Assembly (NCBI GenBank): GCA_034440375.1
Contig: JAWXBZ010000015.1
Span: 1 to 15,149 of the forward strand
Reading direction: 5' to 3'
DNA: 15,149 nucleotides
DNA from: Candidatus Eiseniibacteriota bacterium
GTDB taxonomy: Bacteria; Eisenbacteria; RBG-16-71-46; JABDJR01; JAWXBZ01
Below the pieces are notes generated by a model. That model was not told the origin of the DNA, made no database searches, and saw nothing but the letters and a program-made list of their open reading frames with translations. Numbering within the stretch: the stretch's first letter is position 1; every line of letters starts with the position of its first letter. Positions 8,030 through 15,149 of the stretch are shown in pieces. The translations under genes and the position numbers were made by a program.

Positions 8030-8117
8030 GTGGTGCGCGATGCGCCGGTAGAAGGAGTCAAACCTCCTAACTGGTTGCGTAATTAGCAATTGAGGCCGGT
8101 GGAGCAGAATGCGCCGG
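8030..8117. promoter_or_regulatory. Pair of putative enhancer (UAS) sites for a sigma54 activator, flanking an IHF-like site
   Basis: GTGGTGCGCGATGCGCCGG (8030-8048) and GTGGAGCAGAATGCGCCGG (8099-8117) are 15/19 identical. Each is an imperfect GGCGCA-N3-TGCGCC palindrome. TAACTGGTTGCGT (8068-8080) resembles IHF consensus YAA-N4-TTGATW with 2 mismatches. Confidence 0.55.
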
Positions 8118-8177
8118 AATGGGACGCCCTACCGAAGAACCGGCGCTCGTCGTCAGGCTCGCGTGTATCGCGGAATC

Positions 8178-9746
8178 CTAAAGTGGGATGTTCCCGTGCT
8201 TCTTGTGCGGCCGGCTCTGGCGCTTGTTGTCCAGCATATCCAGAGCTTTGATCAGCCTCGGGCGGGTTTCCTGGGGCTCGATGACATCGTCCAGGTAGCC
8301 GAGGCTGGCCGCCACGTACGGGTTGGCGAACTTGGTGTTGTACTCGGCCACAAGGCGTTTCCGCTCGGCATCCGGGTCTTTCGCCTTTTCGATCTCGCGC
8401 CGAAAGATGATGTTGACCGCTCCTTCGGGGCCCATCACGGCCAGCTCGGCCGACGGCCAGGCCACGTTGTAGTCACCCCGGATGTGCTTGGAGCTCATGA
8501 CGTCGTAGGCGCCGCCGTAGGCCTTGCGGGTGATGACCGTCAGCTTTGGCACCGTGGCTTCGCAGTAGGCGTAGAGGAGCTTGGCGCCGTTGGTGATGAT
8601 GGCGTTCCATTCCTGGGCCGTCCCCGGCAGAAAGCCTGGCACATCCTCGAAGGTGATCAGCGGGATGTTGAACGCATCGCAGAACCGGACGAAACGGGCG
8701 GCCTTGACCGAGGACTTGATGTCGAGCACGCCGGCCAGGTGCTTCGGCTGATTGCCGACGATCCCCACCGAACGCCCGTTGAGCCGGGCGAAGCCAACCA
8801 CGATGTTCGGCGCAAAGTGCTCGTGGACCTCCATGAATTCGCCGCTGTCCACGACAAGTCCGATCAGCTCCTTCATGTCGTAGGGCTTGCCTGGATCTGG
8901 CGGCACAACGGTCTTGAGCTTCTCGTCCATCCGGTTTGGATCGTCGCCAGTGTCCTTGCGCGGCGGATCGTCGGTGTTGTTCGACGGGAGATACGACAGA
9001 AGCTGACGGATCATGACCAGGCAGTGCCGATCGTCCTCGGCCGCGAAGTGGGCCACGCCGCTTTTCGAGTTATGGGTCATGGCGCCGCCCAGGTCCTCGT
9101 GCGTCACCTCCTCGCGCGTGACCATCTTGATGACGTCCGGTCCGGTCACGAACATCTGGCTCGTTCCCTTGGTCATGATCGTGAAGTCGGTGATGGCGGG
9201 GCTGTAAACTGCCCCACCCGCGCAAGGGCCCATGATGGCCGAAATTTGCGGCACGACGCCGGAGGCCAGCGTGTTCCGGAGAAAGATCTCGGCGTAGCCG
9301 CCGAGGCTCTGCACCCCTTCCTGGATGCGGGCGCCGCCGGAGTCGTTGAGCCCGATGACCGGCGCACCGTTTTCAAGCGCCATGTCCATGATCTGGCAAA
9401 TCTTCCGTGCATTCGATTCGGACAGCGTTCCGCCGAAAACCGTGAAGTCCTGGGCAAAAACATACACCGGCCGTCCGTCGATCCGGCCGAAGCCAGCCAC
9501 CACACCATCCCCGGTGATCTTCCGGTCGGCCATGTTGAAATCGGTGCAACGGTGCGTGACGAAAACGCCCAGTTCCGTAAAGCTGCCTCGATCAAGAAGC
9601 AAATCGACCCGCTCATGGGCCGTCAGTCGTCCCGAGGCGTGCATCTTCGCAATCCGCTCCGGCCCCCCGCCCTGGCGGGCAGCTTCCTTGCGGTGGCGCA
9701 GATCCTCGATGGGGTCGCTGGCGTCGGGCGGTTTGGGTGGCGTCAT
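8178..9746 (-). CDS. pccB: Acyl-CoA carboxylase carboxyltransferase (beta) subunit, PccB / methylmalonyl-CoA decarboxylase alpha family
   Basis: Motifs [65 protein letters not shown]-terminal KKHGNIPL. Start placed at ATG 9746. Substrate specificity cannot be resolved from sequence. Confidence 0.92.
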   Translation of the reverse strand: MTPPKPPDASDPIEDLRHRKEAARQGGGPERIAKMHASGRLTAHERVDLLLDRGSFTELGVFVTHRCTDFNMADRKITGDGVVAGFGRIDGRPVYVFAQDFTVFGGTLSESNARKICQIMDMALENGAPVIGLNDSGGARIQEGVQSLGGYAEIFLRNTLASGVVPQISAIMGPCAGGAVYSPAITDFTIMTKGTSQMFVTGPDVIKMVTREEVTHEDLGGAMTHNSKSGVAHFAAEDDRHCLVMIRQLLSYLPSNNTDDPPRKDTGDDPNRMDEKLKTVVPPDPGKPYDMKELIGLVVDSGEFMEVHEHFAPNIVVGFARLNGRSVGIVGNQPKHLAGVLDIKSSVKAARFVRFCDAFNIPLITFEDVPGFLPGTAQEWNAIITNGAKLLYAYCEATVPKLTVITRKAYGGAYDVMSSKHIRGDYNVAWPSAELAVMGPEGAVNIIFRREIEKAKDPDAERKRLVAEYNTKFANPYVAASLGYLDDVIEPQETRPRLIKALDMLDNKRQSRPHKKHGNIPL

Positions 9747-9755
9747 GGGAGCCGG

Positions 9756-9784
9756 AGGGTAAAGAGAGGGGGGCTCCCGGTCAA
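9756..9784 (-). promoter_or_regulatory. Candidate sigma70 promoter for the carboxyltransferase gene (near-leaderless)
   Basis: Minus strand TTGACC, 17 nt spacer, TACCCT, then 9 nt to ATG 9746. No SD is visible. Confidence 0.55.
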
Positions 9785-9816
9785 CGGCCGTCAACTATGG
9801 GCAAACGGACGTCGCC

Positions 9817-9846
9817 TTGCGTCGGTTGCAGCCCCGGGGTTAGGCT
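9817..9846 (+). promoter_or_regulatory. Candidate sigma70 promoter for the creatininase-thiolase operon (near-leaderless)
   Basis: TTGCGT (9817-9822), 18 nt spacer, TAGGCT (9841-9846), then 10 nt to ATG 9857. No SD is visible. Confidence 0.4.
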
Positions 9847-9856
9847 TCCCGGCCTC

Positions 9857-10597
9857 ATGGAACGTCACATCGCCCGACTTCAGTGGAAAGAATTCCAGCG
9901 CCTCGTGCCCGACAAGATCATGACGGCCATCCTGCCGATCGGCATCCTCGAAGCGCACGGGGCGGCAGCCCTCGGCACCGACATCCTGATTCCCGAGCGC
10001 ATGGCCTCGCTCCTGGCCGATCCGGTCGGGGGGCTGATCGCGCCGACGATCCCCTACGGCGTCCCCGGCAGCCTTTCGGGCTACCCGGGCACCGTGGGCG
10101 TTCGCACCGAGGTGTTCACCGACTACGTGGCCGACGTTCTCCACTCCCTGGCTGCGGCGGGATTTCGCCAGGTTTTCATTCTGAACGGCCACGGCGGCAA
10201 CAACGAGGCGCTCAAGGAAGTGGCTCAGGAAGCCTGGCAGGGCGCCGGCCTGGCCGTGGCGGTCCTTCACTGGTGGATGGAATGTGGCGACATCGTGAAG
10301 GAAATCTACGGCGGTGCCGGCGGCCACGGAGGCGCCGACGAAACAGGTCTCATGCTGGCCATCTCGGCCGACCTGGTCGAAAAGCGCCCCCGCCAGATCG
10401 ATGCCCCTTACCGGATGCGCCCCTCCATCGTCACCTACCCGGCCCCGTCGAGCCACCTGGTTTTTGAAGATGGGGCGGCCGCCCTTTCCTTTGACGAAAA
10501 GAAGGCAAAGCTGTTCGAGACGAAGGTGGCCCGGCGCCTGGAGGAAATCATCGAGGAGATCGAGGCGCGCTGGTCCGAGGCGGGGCTCACGTCGTGA
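9857..10597 (+). CDS. Creatininase / creatinine amidohydrolase family protein
   Basis: Metal-binding motifs LPIGILEAHG, LGTD, ILNGHGGN, GHGGADET. Start at ATG 9857 (MERHIARLQW) gives a typical length of 246 aa. Confidence 0.9.
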   Translation: MERHIARLQWKEFQRLVPDKIMTAILPIGILEAHGAAALGTDILIPERMASLLADPVGGLIAPTIPYGVPGSLSGYPGTVGVRTEVFTDYVADVLHSLAAAGFRQVFILNGHGGNNEALKEVAQEAWQGAGLAVAVLHWWMECGDIVKEIYGGAGGHGGADETGLMLAISADLVEKRPRQIDAPYRMRPSIVTYPAPSSHLVFEDGAAALSFDEKKAKLFETKVARRLEEIIEEIEARWSEAGLTS

Positions 10598-11778
10598 ACC
10601 GGAGTCGTGTCGCCATACTTTCGGCCGTCCGGACGCCCATCGGCAAGTTTCTCGGAAGCCTTTCGGAGATCAGCGCCGTCGACCTTGGCGCCGCGGCGGC
10701 CCGGGAAGCCATCGCCCGGTCGGGCCTCCTGCCTTCTGAGATCGGCGAAACCGTCTTCGGCCAGGCCCGGCAGGCGGGCAACGCGCCGAACCCGGGCCGA
10801 CAGATTTCAGTCAAGGCCGGCCTGTCGTTCGGGGTGCCGGCATCGACCATCAACCAGGCCTGCGCCTCCGGCCTCCGTGCCATTCAGCTGGCCGTTCAGT
10901 CGATCCGCGCCGGTGATGCCGAAGCCGTGCTGGCCGGCGGCGTCGAATCGATGAGCCGGGTGCCTTTCCTGCTCGAAGGCCTGCGGAAAGGGTGGAAGAT
11001 GGGCCACCAGCCACTCGTCGACGACATGTACCGGGACGGATTCACCTGCGGCCTCTGCGGCAGGATCATGGGGGAGACGGCCGAAACGCTGGCCGCTCAG
11101 TACGGCATCCCTCGCGAGGAGCAGGACGCCTACGCCCTCCGCAGCCAGAACCGGGCTGAAGCCGCTCAGAAGGCCGGCCTCTTCGAGGAGGAAATCATCC
11201 CGATCGAAGTTCCGGGGCGGGGCGGGCCCACCGTTTTTGATTCGGACGAGCATGTTCGGCACGGCGCCACGTCGGCCGAACTGGCCCGGCTTCCGGCCGT
11301 TTTTTCGAAGACCGGCACCGTAACGGCCGGTAACGCCTCGGGAATCACGGACGGTGCCGCCGCCCTCGTGCTGGCCTCCGAGGATCTCGTCCGCCGCCGG
11401 AAGCTGGACGTACTCGCCTGGTATGAGGATGGCGTTGTCGTCGGCGTCGACCCGGAAATCATGGGGATCGGTCCGGTGCCGGCCGTCCGGGCGTTGCTCG
11501 ACCGCACCGGAACAGCCCTTGGCGGTTACGACCTTCTCGAACTCAACGAAGCCTTTGCCGCCCAGGTGCTGGCCGTCGACCGCGATCTCAAGTTTGACCC
11601 CGACCGACTGAACGTGAACGGCGGCTCGATCGCGCTCGGCCATCCGATCGGCGCCTCGGGCGCCCGTATCGTGGTGACGCTGCTTCACGAGATGCGCCGC
11701 CGCGGCGCGCGGCGCGGCCTGGCCACTCTCTGTGTCAGCGGTGGGCTCGGCATTGCCTCGAGCTTTCAGCGGGATTAG
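10594..11778 (+). CDS. Acetyl-CoA C-acetyltransferase (thiolase)
   Basis: [10 protein letters not shown], catalytic [33 protein letters not shown] start overlaps the upstream stop (GTGA, 10594-10597). Confidence 0.96.
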   Translation: MNRSRVAILSAVRTPIGKFLGSLSEISAVDLGAAAAREAIARSGLLPSEIGETVFGQARQAGNAPNPGRQISVKAGLSFGVPASTINQACASGLRAIQLAVQSIRAGDAEAVLAGGVESMSRVPFLLEGLRKGWKMGHQPLVDDMYRDGFTCGLCGRIMGETAETLAAQYGIPREEQDAYALRSQNRAEAAQKAGLFEEEIIPIEVPGRGGPTVFDSDEHVRHGATSAELARLPAVFSKTGTVTAGNASGITDGAAALVLASEDLVRRRKLDVLAWYEDGVVVGVDPEIMGIGPVPAVRALLDRTGTALGGYDLLELNEAFAAQVLAVDRDLKFDPDRLNVNGGSIALGHPIGASGARIVVTLLHEMRRRGARRGLATLCVSGGLGIASSFQRD

Positions 11779-11879
11779 GCCGCCCGGCACCCCCGATCAT
11801 CCTGTCACAAATTCTCCTAATTCCGCCCCCACCCGGCAATTACCGAAATACCCTGCCGCATTTTTTTTGGCTTCCCCCC

Positions 11880-11907
11880 TTGACAGTGCCCGGCACCTGT
11901 ATAGAGT
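11880..11907 (+). promoter_or_regulatory. Strong sigma70-type promoter for the beta-barrel genes
   Basis: Perfect TTGACA (11880-11885), 16 nt spacer, TAGAGT (11902-11907). An upstream T-tract (11861-11868) sits at the UP-element position. Confidence 0.65.
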
Positions 11908-11913
11908 GACCCC

Positions 11914-12178
11914 CGAACAAAGCGCTAGAACGCTTGGCTGGGCCACGATCAACATGATGGGACGATGAGGGAGTGCAGGGCGGGTGGCTTGAGAGCTGTG
12001 CGCATCTGCCGACGTGGACCGGCTCGTCAGTCGAAAGGAGGTGCAAGAGACGCTACGCACTGATTCACCGTAACGCCCGGCTCAGGGGGGAAGTTCCGGA
12101 GCCGGCACCGCCAAGCGAATCGGAACGTTGAGATTCTCTTCACCGCAGTACGACGTTGGTCACCGTATGGAGGTAGAA
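11914..12178 (+). ncRNA. Long structured 5' leader (candidate cis-regulatory RNA, family not recognised)
   Basis: About 265 nt between the predicted TSS and the ATG. Nested stems 12040-12050/12135-12144, 12060-12066/12117-12123 and 12077-12083/12099-12105, plus hairpin 11920-11924/11931-11935. Confidence 0.4.
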
Positions 12179-12682
12179 ATGCGTAAGTTTTTCACGATCG
12201 CGGTATTCGCCGCGATACTCTCGACCGCCGGCTCGAGTATTGTCCGTGCCGACGACATGGACATGTCCCAGGCCAAGGGCGACGTTTTCATCGGCTTCTG
12301 GGACCCCAATGCCCCGATCGGTCTGCGCTACCTGATCACCGATGATTGGGAGCTCGGCGGCGCCATCGGCTTCACCAAGCCCGACGAGGGTGACACCGGG
12401 TTCGCCATCGCCATCCAGGCCACGCGGCGCCTCATCCATGCCAGCCGTGCCCACCTGGGTATCCGCCCCACGTTCTTCAAGGAGTTCAACTACGAGCCGG
12501 AGCTCCTGGCCATCGGCCTTGACCTGGTGGCCGAAGTGGAAATCGCCTCCGCGGTCAGCGTTCTCGCGTCGCATGGAATCGAGTACCAGTCCATCGATTT
12601 CTCGAACGGCACGAGTGCCACCGTCATCCAGACCCGCTACGACACCCAGAGCCGGGTCGGCTTCTGGGTCAAACTTCCCTAG
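12179..12682 (+). CDS. Small outer-membrane beta-barrel protein (probably 8-stranded), paralog 1
   Basis: SD GGAGGT at 12169-12174; signal peptide MRKFFTIAVFAAILSTAGSSIVRA; alternating amphipathic strands; aromatic C-terminal strand RVGFWVKLP. 167 aa. Confidence 0.75.
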   Translation: MRKFFTIAVFAAILSTAGSSIVRADDMDMSQAKGDVFIGFWDPNAPIGLRYLITDDWELGGAIGFTKPDEGDTGFAIAIQATRRLIHASRAHLGIRPTFFKEFNYEPELLAIGLDLVAEVEIASAVSVLASHGIEYQSIDFSNGTSATVIQTRYDTQSRVGFWVKLP

Positions 12683-12694
12683 TCGGCAATGTGG

Positions 12695-12725
12695 CGGTGC
12701 GCCGGCGCACTGGCCGCCGGCACCG
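12695..12725 (+). other. GC-rich intercistronic stem-loop
   Basis: CGGT(GC)GCCGGCG-cactggc-CGCCGGCACCG with no adjacent U-tract. It could be a stabilising or attenuating hairpin. Confidence 0.45.
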
Positions 12726-12816
12726 GATCGACTGACGATTTTTGGCCTGTCTGATTCCTCAGAGGCCACTTAACAGGATTCTCATCACCGCAAGGTGATT
12801 CCAAGTTGGAGGACGA

Positions 12817-13323
12817 ATGCGCAAGCTCCTGATGACCGTCGCGGCGGTTGCTACTGTCGTGACTCTGGCCGCTGGCTCAGCGGAAGCCGTGAACATGAAG
12901 GGCAAGTGGGGACCAGGACTATCTTTCGAGGAGACCCCGCTTGACGTGAAATTCGGCCTTTCCCCGAAGAGCTCCGTCTTTTTTGGTCTCGGCTTTCGCG
13001 ATGCCGAAAATGACGACAGCACCGATTTTGGACTCGGCGCCGGCTTTGAATACGCCCTGTTCGGCAACGACGACTACAATTTCAACTTTCAGCCCAGCAT
13101 CCAGTATCTCACCGGCAACGGCGGCGACGACATCCGTGTCCCGCTGGCCCTTGCTGCGGAAGTGTGGATGAACGACCGCTTCTCCGTTGCCATGTCCCAC
13201 GGGATCGTCTTCACCAGCAACGGCGACGACGACAATACCCCGGGCATTGACGAAGGTGGCTCGAGCATCAGCACGTTCGGCTCGTCGGTCACGGCGTTTC
13301 GTTTCCGTTTCTGGGTGAAGTAG
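12817..13323 (+). CDS. Small outer-membrane beta-barrel protein, paralog 2
   Basis: SD GGAGGA at 12808-12813; signal peptide ending AEA; amphipathic strands (FGLGAGFEYALF, FRFRFWVK). Shares AEV...SVxxSHGI and FWVK with paralog 1. Confidence 0.8.
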   Translation: MRKLLMTVAAVATVVTLAAGSAEAVNMKGKWGPGLSFEETPLDVKFGLSPKSSVFFGLGFRDAENDDSTDFGLGAGFEYALFGNDDYNFNFQPSIQYLTGNGGDDIRVPLALAAEVWMNDRFSVAMSHGIVFTSNGDDDNTPGIDEGGSSISTFGSSVTAFRFRFWVK

Positions 13324-13349
13324 CCCCGAAGCCAAAGGTCCAAAGAATC

Positions 13350-13382
13350 AGGGGGTTCCCGTCCGCGGGAACCCCCTTTTTT
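13350..13382 (+). terminator. Rho-independent terminator after the beta-barrel genes
   Basis: Perfect 12-bp stem AGGGGGTTCCCG / CGGGAACCCCCT with a TCCG loop, followed by a T-run ending at 13382. Confidence 0.92.
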
Positions 13383-13418
13383 CGTGGTACGTGTGTGTGG
13401 ACTTCGGTGGAATCTGGC

Positions 13419-15149
13419 CTAATTGACCACGATCACCTTGGAGGTGCTCGTGATGGAACCGGCCCGGAACAGGTAGTAGTAGACACCCGCCGGCAGGCGG
13501 CGGCCCGAGTTGTCCCGGCCGTCCCATGTCATCTCGTAGTCGCCGGCCGGCTTCGTTTCCGAAGCCAGGTTCCGAACCAGGCGACCCTGGATGTCGTGGA
13601 GCGTGAGCGACACGGGAACCGCCGATGACGCGCCGGACTCCGTGCCGATCAGGTAGCGGAACGTGGCCGAGTGCGCCACGGGGTTGGGGTAGACCGGCAT
13701 GGCCATCGTTGGCCGGGTCCGGGTGCTCAGGCGGGTCGTTACCGGCCCGGCCATGAACGAGGCGCCCTCGCGGTCGACCACCTCGATCCAGTAGGAGTAG
13801 TCCACCTCCTCCGCGGCGCCGACATCGACATATTCAAGACGTCGACCGTCGATCGGCAGTACCCCCGTCGTCAGTTCCTGCCGCTCCTTGAAATCGGTCG
13901 ACGTGCCACGCCAGATACGCGCACCCGCCGGATTGCTGTCGTCGGTCATCTCGAGAACAAGGCGAATGCCGTCGCTGGCCGTCAATGCCTCGAACCGCGC
14001 GAAGGCCACCGGCACCGGTGACTCTTCGGGGATCCAGAGCGTGACCGGAGCCGCGCCCCCCTCGATGGTCGGCTGCGGCATCGGCTGGTGATTGGTAACG
14101 TAGATCGTCCCGCCGGCCGAGCCGGGGGAATCGTTGACGAACATCGAGAAGGCGCTGACCCGGCCGGTCCGGTTGACGAACCCGCCGTCGGTCACTTGCA
14201 GGAACCACGGATGGGCCACCGTGGGGGGCAGGAAACCGCCGATATTGTCTGAGACCGTGAAGCCGATCGACCAGTAGTGATCGATTGTGCCGATGGTGGA
14301 GGTGCCGGTGTTGGCCGGGGTCGGGAAGACGACCACGGCGCTGTCTTGCAGACCCTCCGACAGGCCCTGCACCTCGAAATCGGCGCTGCCGAGACTGCCC
14401 GGCATGTACATGGCATCGGTGCCGATGCGGACGAACAGGTCGTTGTCGGGAGCGTTGTGCACGATTCGATAGAAGACAGTGGCCACCCGCGGCGCAAAGC
14501 CGTAAATGGCCGGCGCCGGCAGTTCGAGGTGCGCCATCGCTGTCAGATCGATCCATTCGATCCGGTACCAGTAGGTGTTGCCAAGCGCCAGCGAGGGATC
14601 GTTGTCCTGATACGTGTAGGGCGTCCGGTTGTCGTCGTTCTGGATGATCGGATCGCCGGCCGGGCTCGGGGTCACGAGCAGTGGATTGATCCGAACGAAG
14701 GCTCCGGGCGCTCCGGCGACGTCCGGAGCGCGATAGACGTTGAAGCCCAGGAAGGGATATTCCCGCTGCGTCACCCAGGTGACATCGATGCGGCTACTGG
14801 CCGGTTGGGCGATGGGGCGGAACTGCACCACCTGGACGCCGCTGGAGGCATCCAACGCCTCCTTGCAGGCGGCGTAGACGTCGATCAGCCCCCAGCCCGA
14901 ACCCGGGTCATAGTTTGGGTCGGTGCTGCCGGCGTACGTCCGGAACGGCCCCTTCACGCTGGGCAAGAAGTGCTCGGCCGTGTTCTGTAAGATTGTCCTC
15001 ACCTGGGGCGGCGTCAACGACGGATTGGCCTGCCGCACCAGCGCCGCGCAGCCGGCCGCGTGGGGGCAGGCCATGCTGGTGCCCGACAGCTGGCTGTAAT
15101 TGCTGCCATCGCTGGTGAAATCACCGTTGGCGGACAGAACGCCCGCCCC
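13419..15149 (-). CDS. Secreted S8 (subtilisin-like) serine peptidase with accessory beta-sandwich modules and a C-terminal FlgD-Ig / T9SS-type domain; 5'-truncated
   Basis: The frame is open to the window end and reads ...YSQLSGTSMACPHAAGCAALV (catalytic Ser motif), then GWGLID. The C-terminus reads YPNP...HDIQGRLVRNL...WDGRDNSGRRLPAGVYYY...SKVIVVN. Confidence 0.93.
   Translation of the reverse strand, partial: GAGVLSANGDFTSDGSNYSQLSGTSMACPHAAGCAALVRQANPSLTPPQVRTILQNTAEHFLPSVKGPFRTYAGSTDPNYDPGSGWGLIDVYAACKEALDASSGVQVVQFRPIAQPASSRIDVTWVTQREYPFLGFNVYRAPDVAGAPGAFVRINPLLVTPSPAGDPIIQNDDNRTPYTYQDNDPSLALGNTYWYRIEWIDLTAMAHLELPAPAIYGFAPRVATVFYRIVHNAPDNDLFVRIGTDAMYMPGSLGSADFEVQGLSEGLQDSAVVVFPTPANTGTSTIGTIDHYWSIGFTVSDNIGGFLPPTVAHPWFLQVTDGGFVNRTGRVSAFSMFVNDSPGSAGGTIYVTNHQPMPQPTIEGGAAPVTLWIPEESPVPVAFARFEALTASDGIRLVLEMTDDSNPAGARIWRGTSTDFKERQELTTGVLPIDGRRLEYVDVGAAEEVDYSYWIEVVDREGASFMAGPVTTRLSTRTRPTMAMPVYPNPVAHSATFRYLIGTESGASSAVPVSLTLHDIQGRLVRNLASETKPAGDYEMTWDGRDNSGRRLPAGVYYYLFRAGSITSTSKVIVVN

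Noticed and set aside
8019-8048. CCGGACGAGG resembling the 5' end of the guanidine-III riboswitch
   Set aside because: The rest of the motif is absent and no plus-strand gene follows. The region is better explained as a sigma54 enhancer.
8109-9923. 604-aa plus-strand ORF
   Set aside because: It is an antisense shadow of the highly conserved carboxyltransferase gene, as is common in GC-rich DNA, and has no recognisable motifs.
10807-11790. 327-aa ORF antisense to the thiolase
   Set aside because: Shadow ORF with no motif support.
11965-12063. 32-codon uORF (MRECRAGG...) in the beta-barrel leader
   Set aside because: It has no convincing SD or diagnostic codon run and cannot be distinguished from chance.
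12084-12112. GGGAAGTTCCGG...CCGCCA as a cobalamin riboswitch fragment
   Set aside because: It lacks the GGTG-AA-TCC T-loop, ACTGT and AGYCAG/GACC elements.
1-15149. CRISPR arrays, tRNA/rRNA, IS/integrase or defence genes
   Set aside because: No regularly spaced repeats, structural RNA signatures or transposase/nuclease motifs were seen.

Overview
GC-rich bacterial window with about 14 genes and no mobile element, rRNA, tRNA or CRISPR array. The diderm envelope genes, IPTL-CTERM tail and FlgD-Ig/T9SS-like tail suggest an FCB-superphylum candidate lineage, but this is inference only. From left to right: (1) a 5'-truncated membrane protein whose 3' end overlaps a minus-strand operon of ECF sigma factor, zinc-binding anti-sigma, double-zinc-ribbon membrane protein and large GT-C-like polytopic protein; (2) a divergent PilS-like intramembrane histidine kinase with an atypical H-box and an NtrC/PilR-type sigma54 activator, convergent on a small IPTL-CTERM surface protein gene that has its own sigma54 -24/-12 promoter, two palindromic enhancer-like sites and an IHF-like site; (3) an acyl-CoA carboxylase beta subunit divergent from a creatininase-family/thiolase pair; (4) a strong sigma70-type promoter and a ~265-nt structured leader in front of two paralogous small outer-membrane beta-barrels that share a 16-nt upstream motif, followed by an intrinsic terminator; (5) the 3' part of a secreted S8 protease. 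The best candidates for undescribed systems are the PilSR-like/sigma54/IPTL-CTERM module and the structured leader with its shared motif on the tandem beta-barrels. All family assignments come from motif recognition by eye; no database searches were run.
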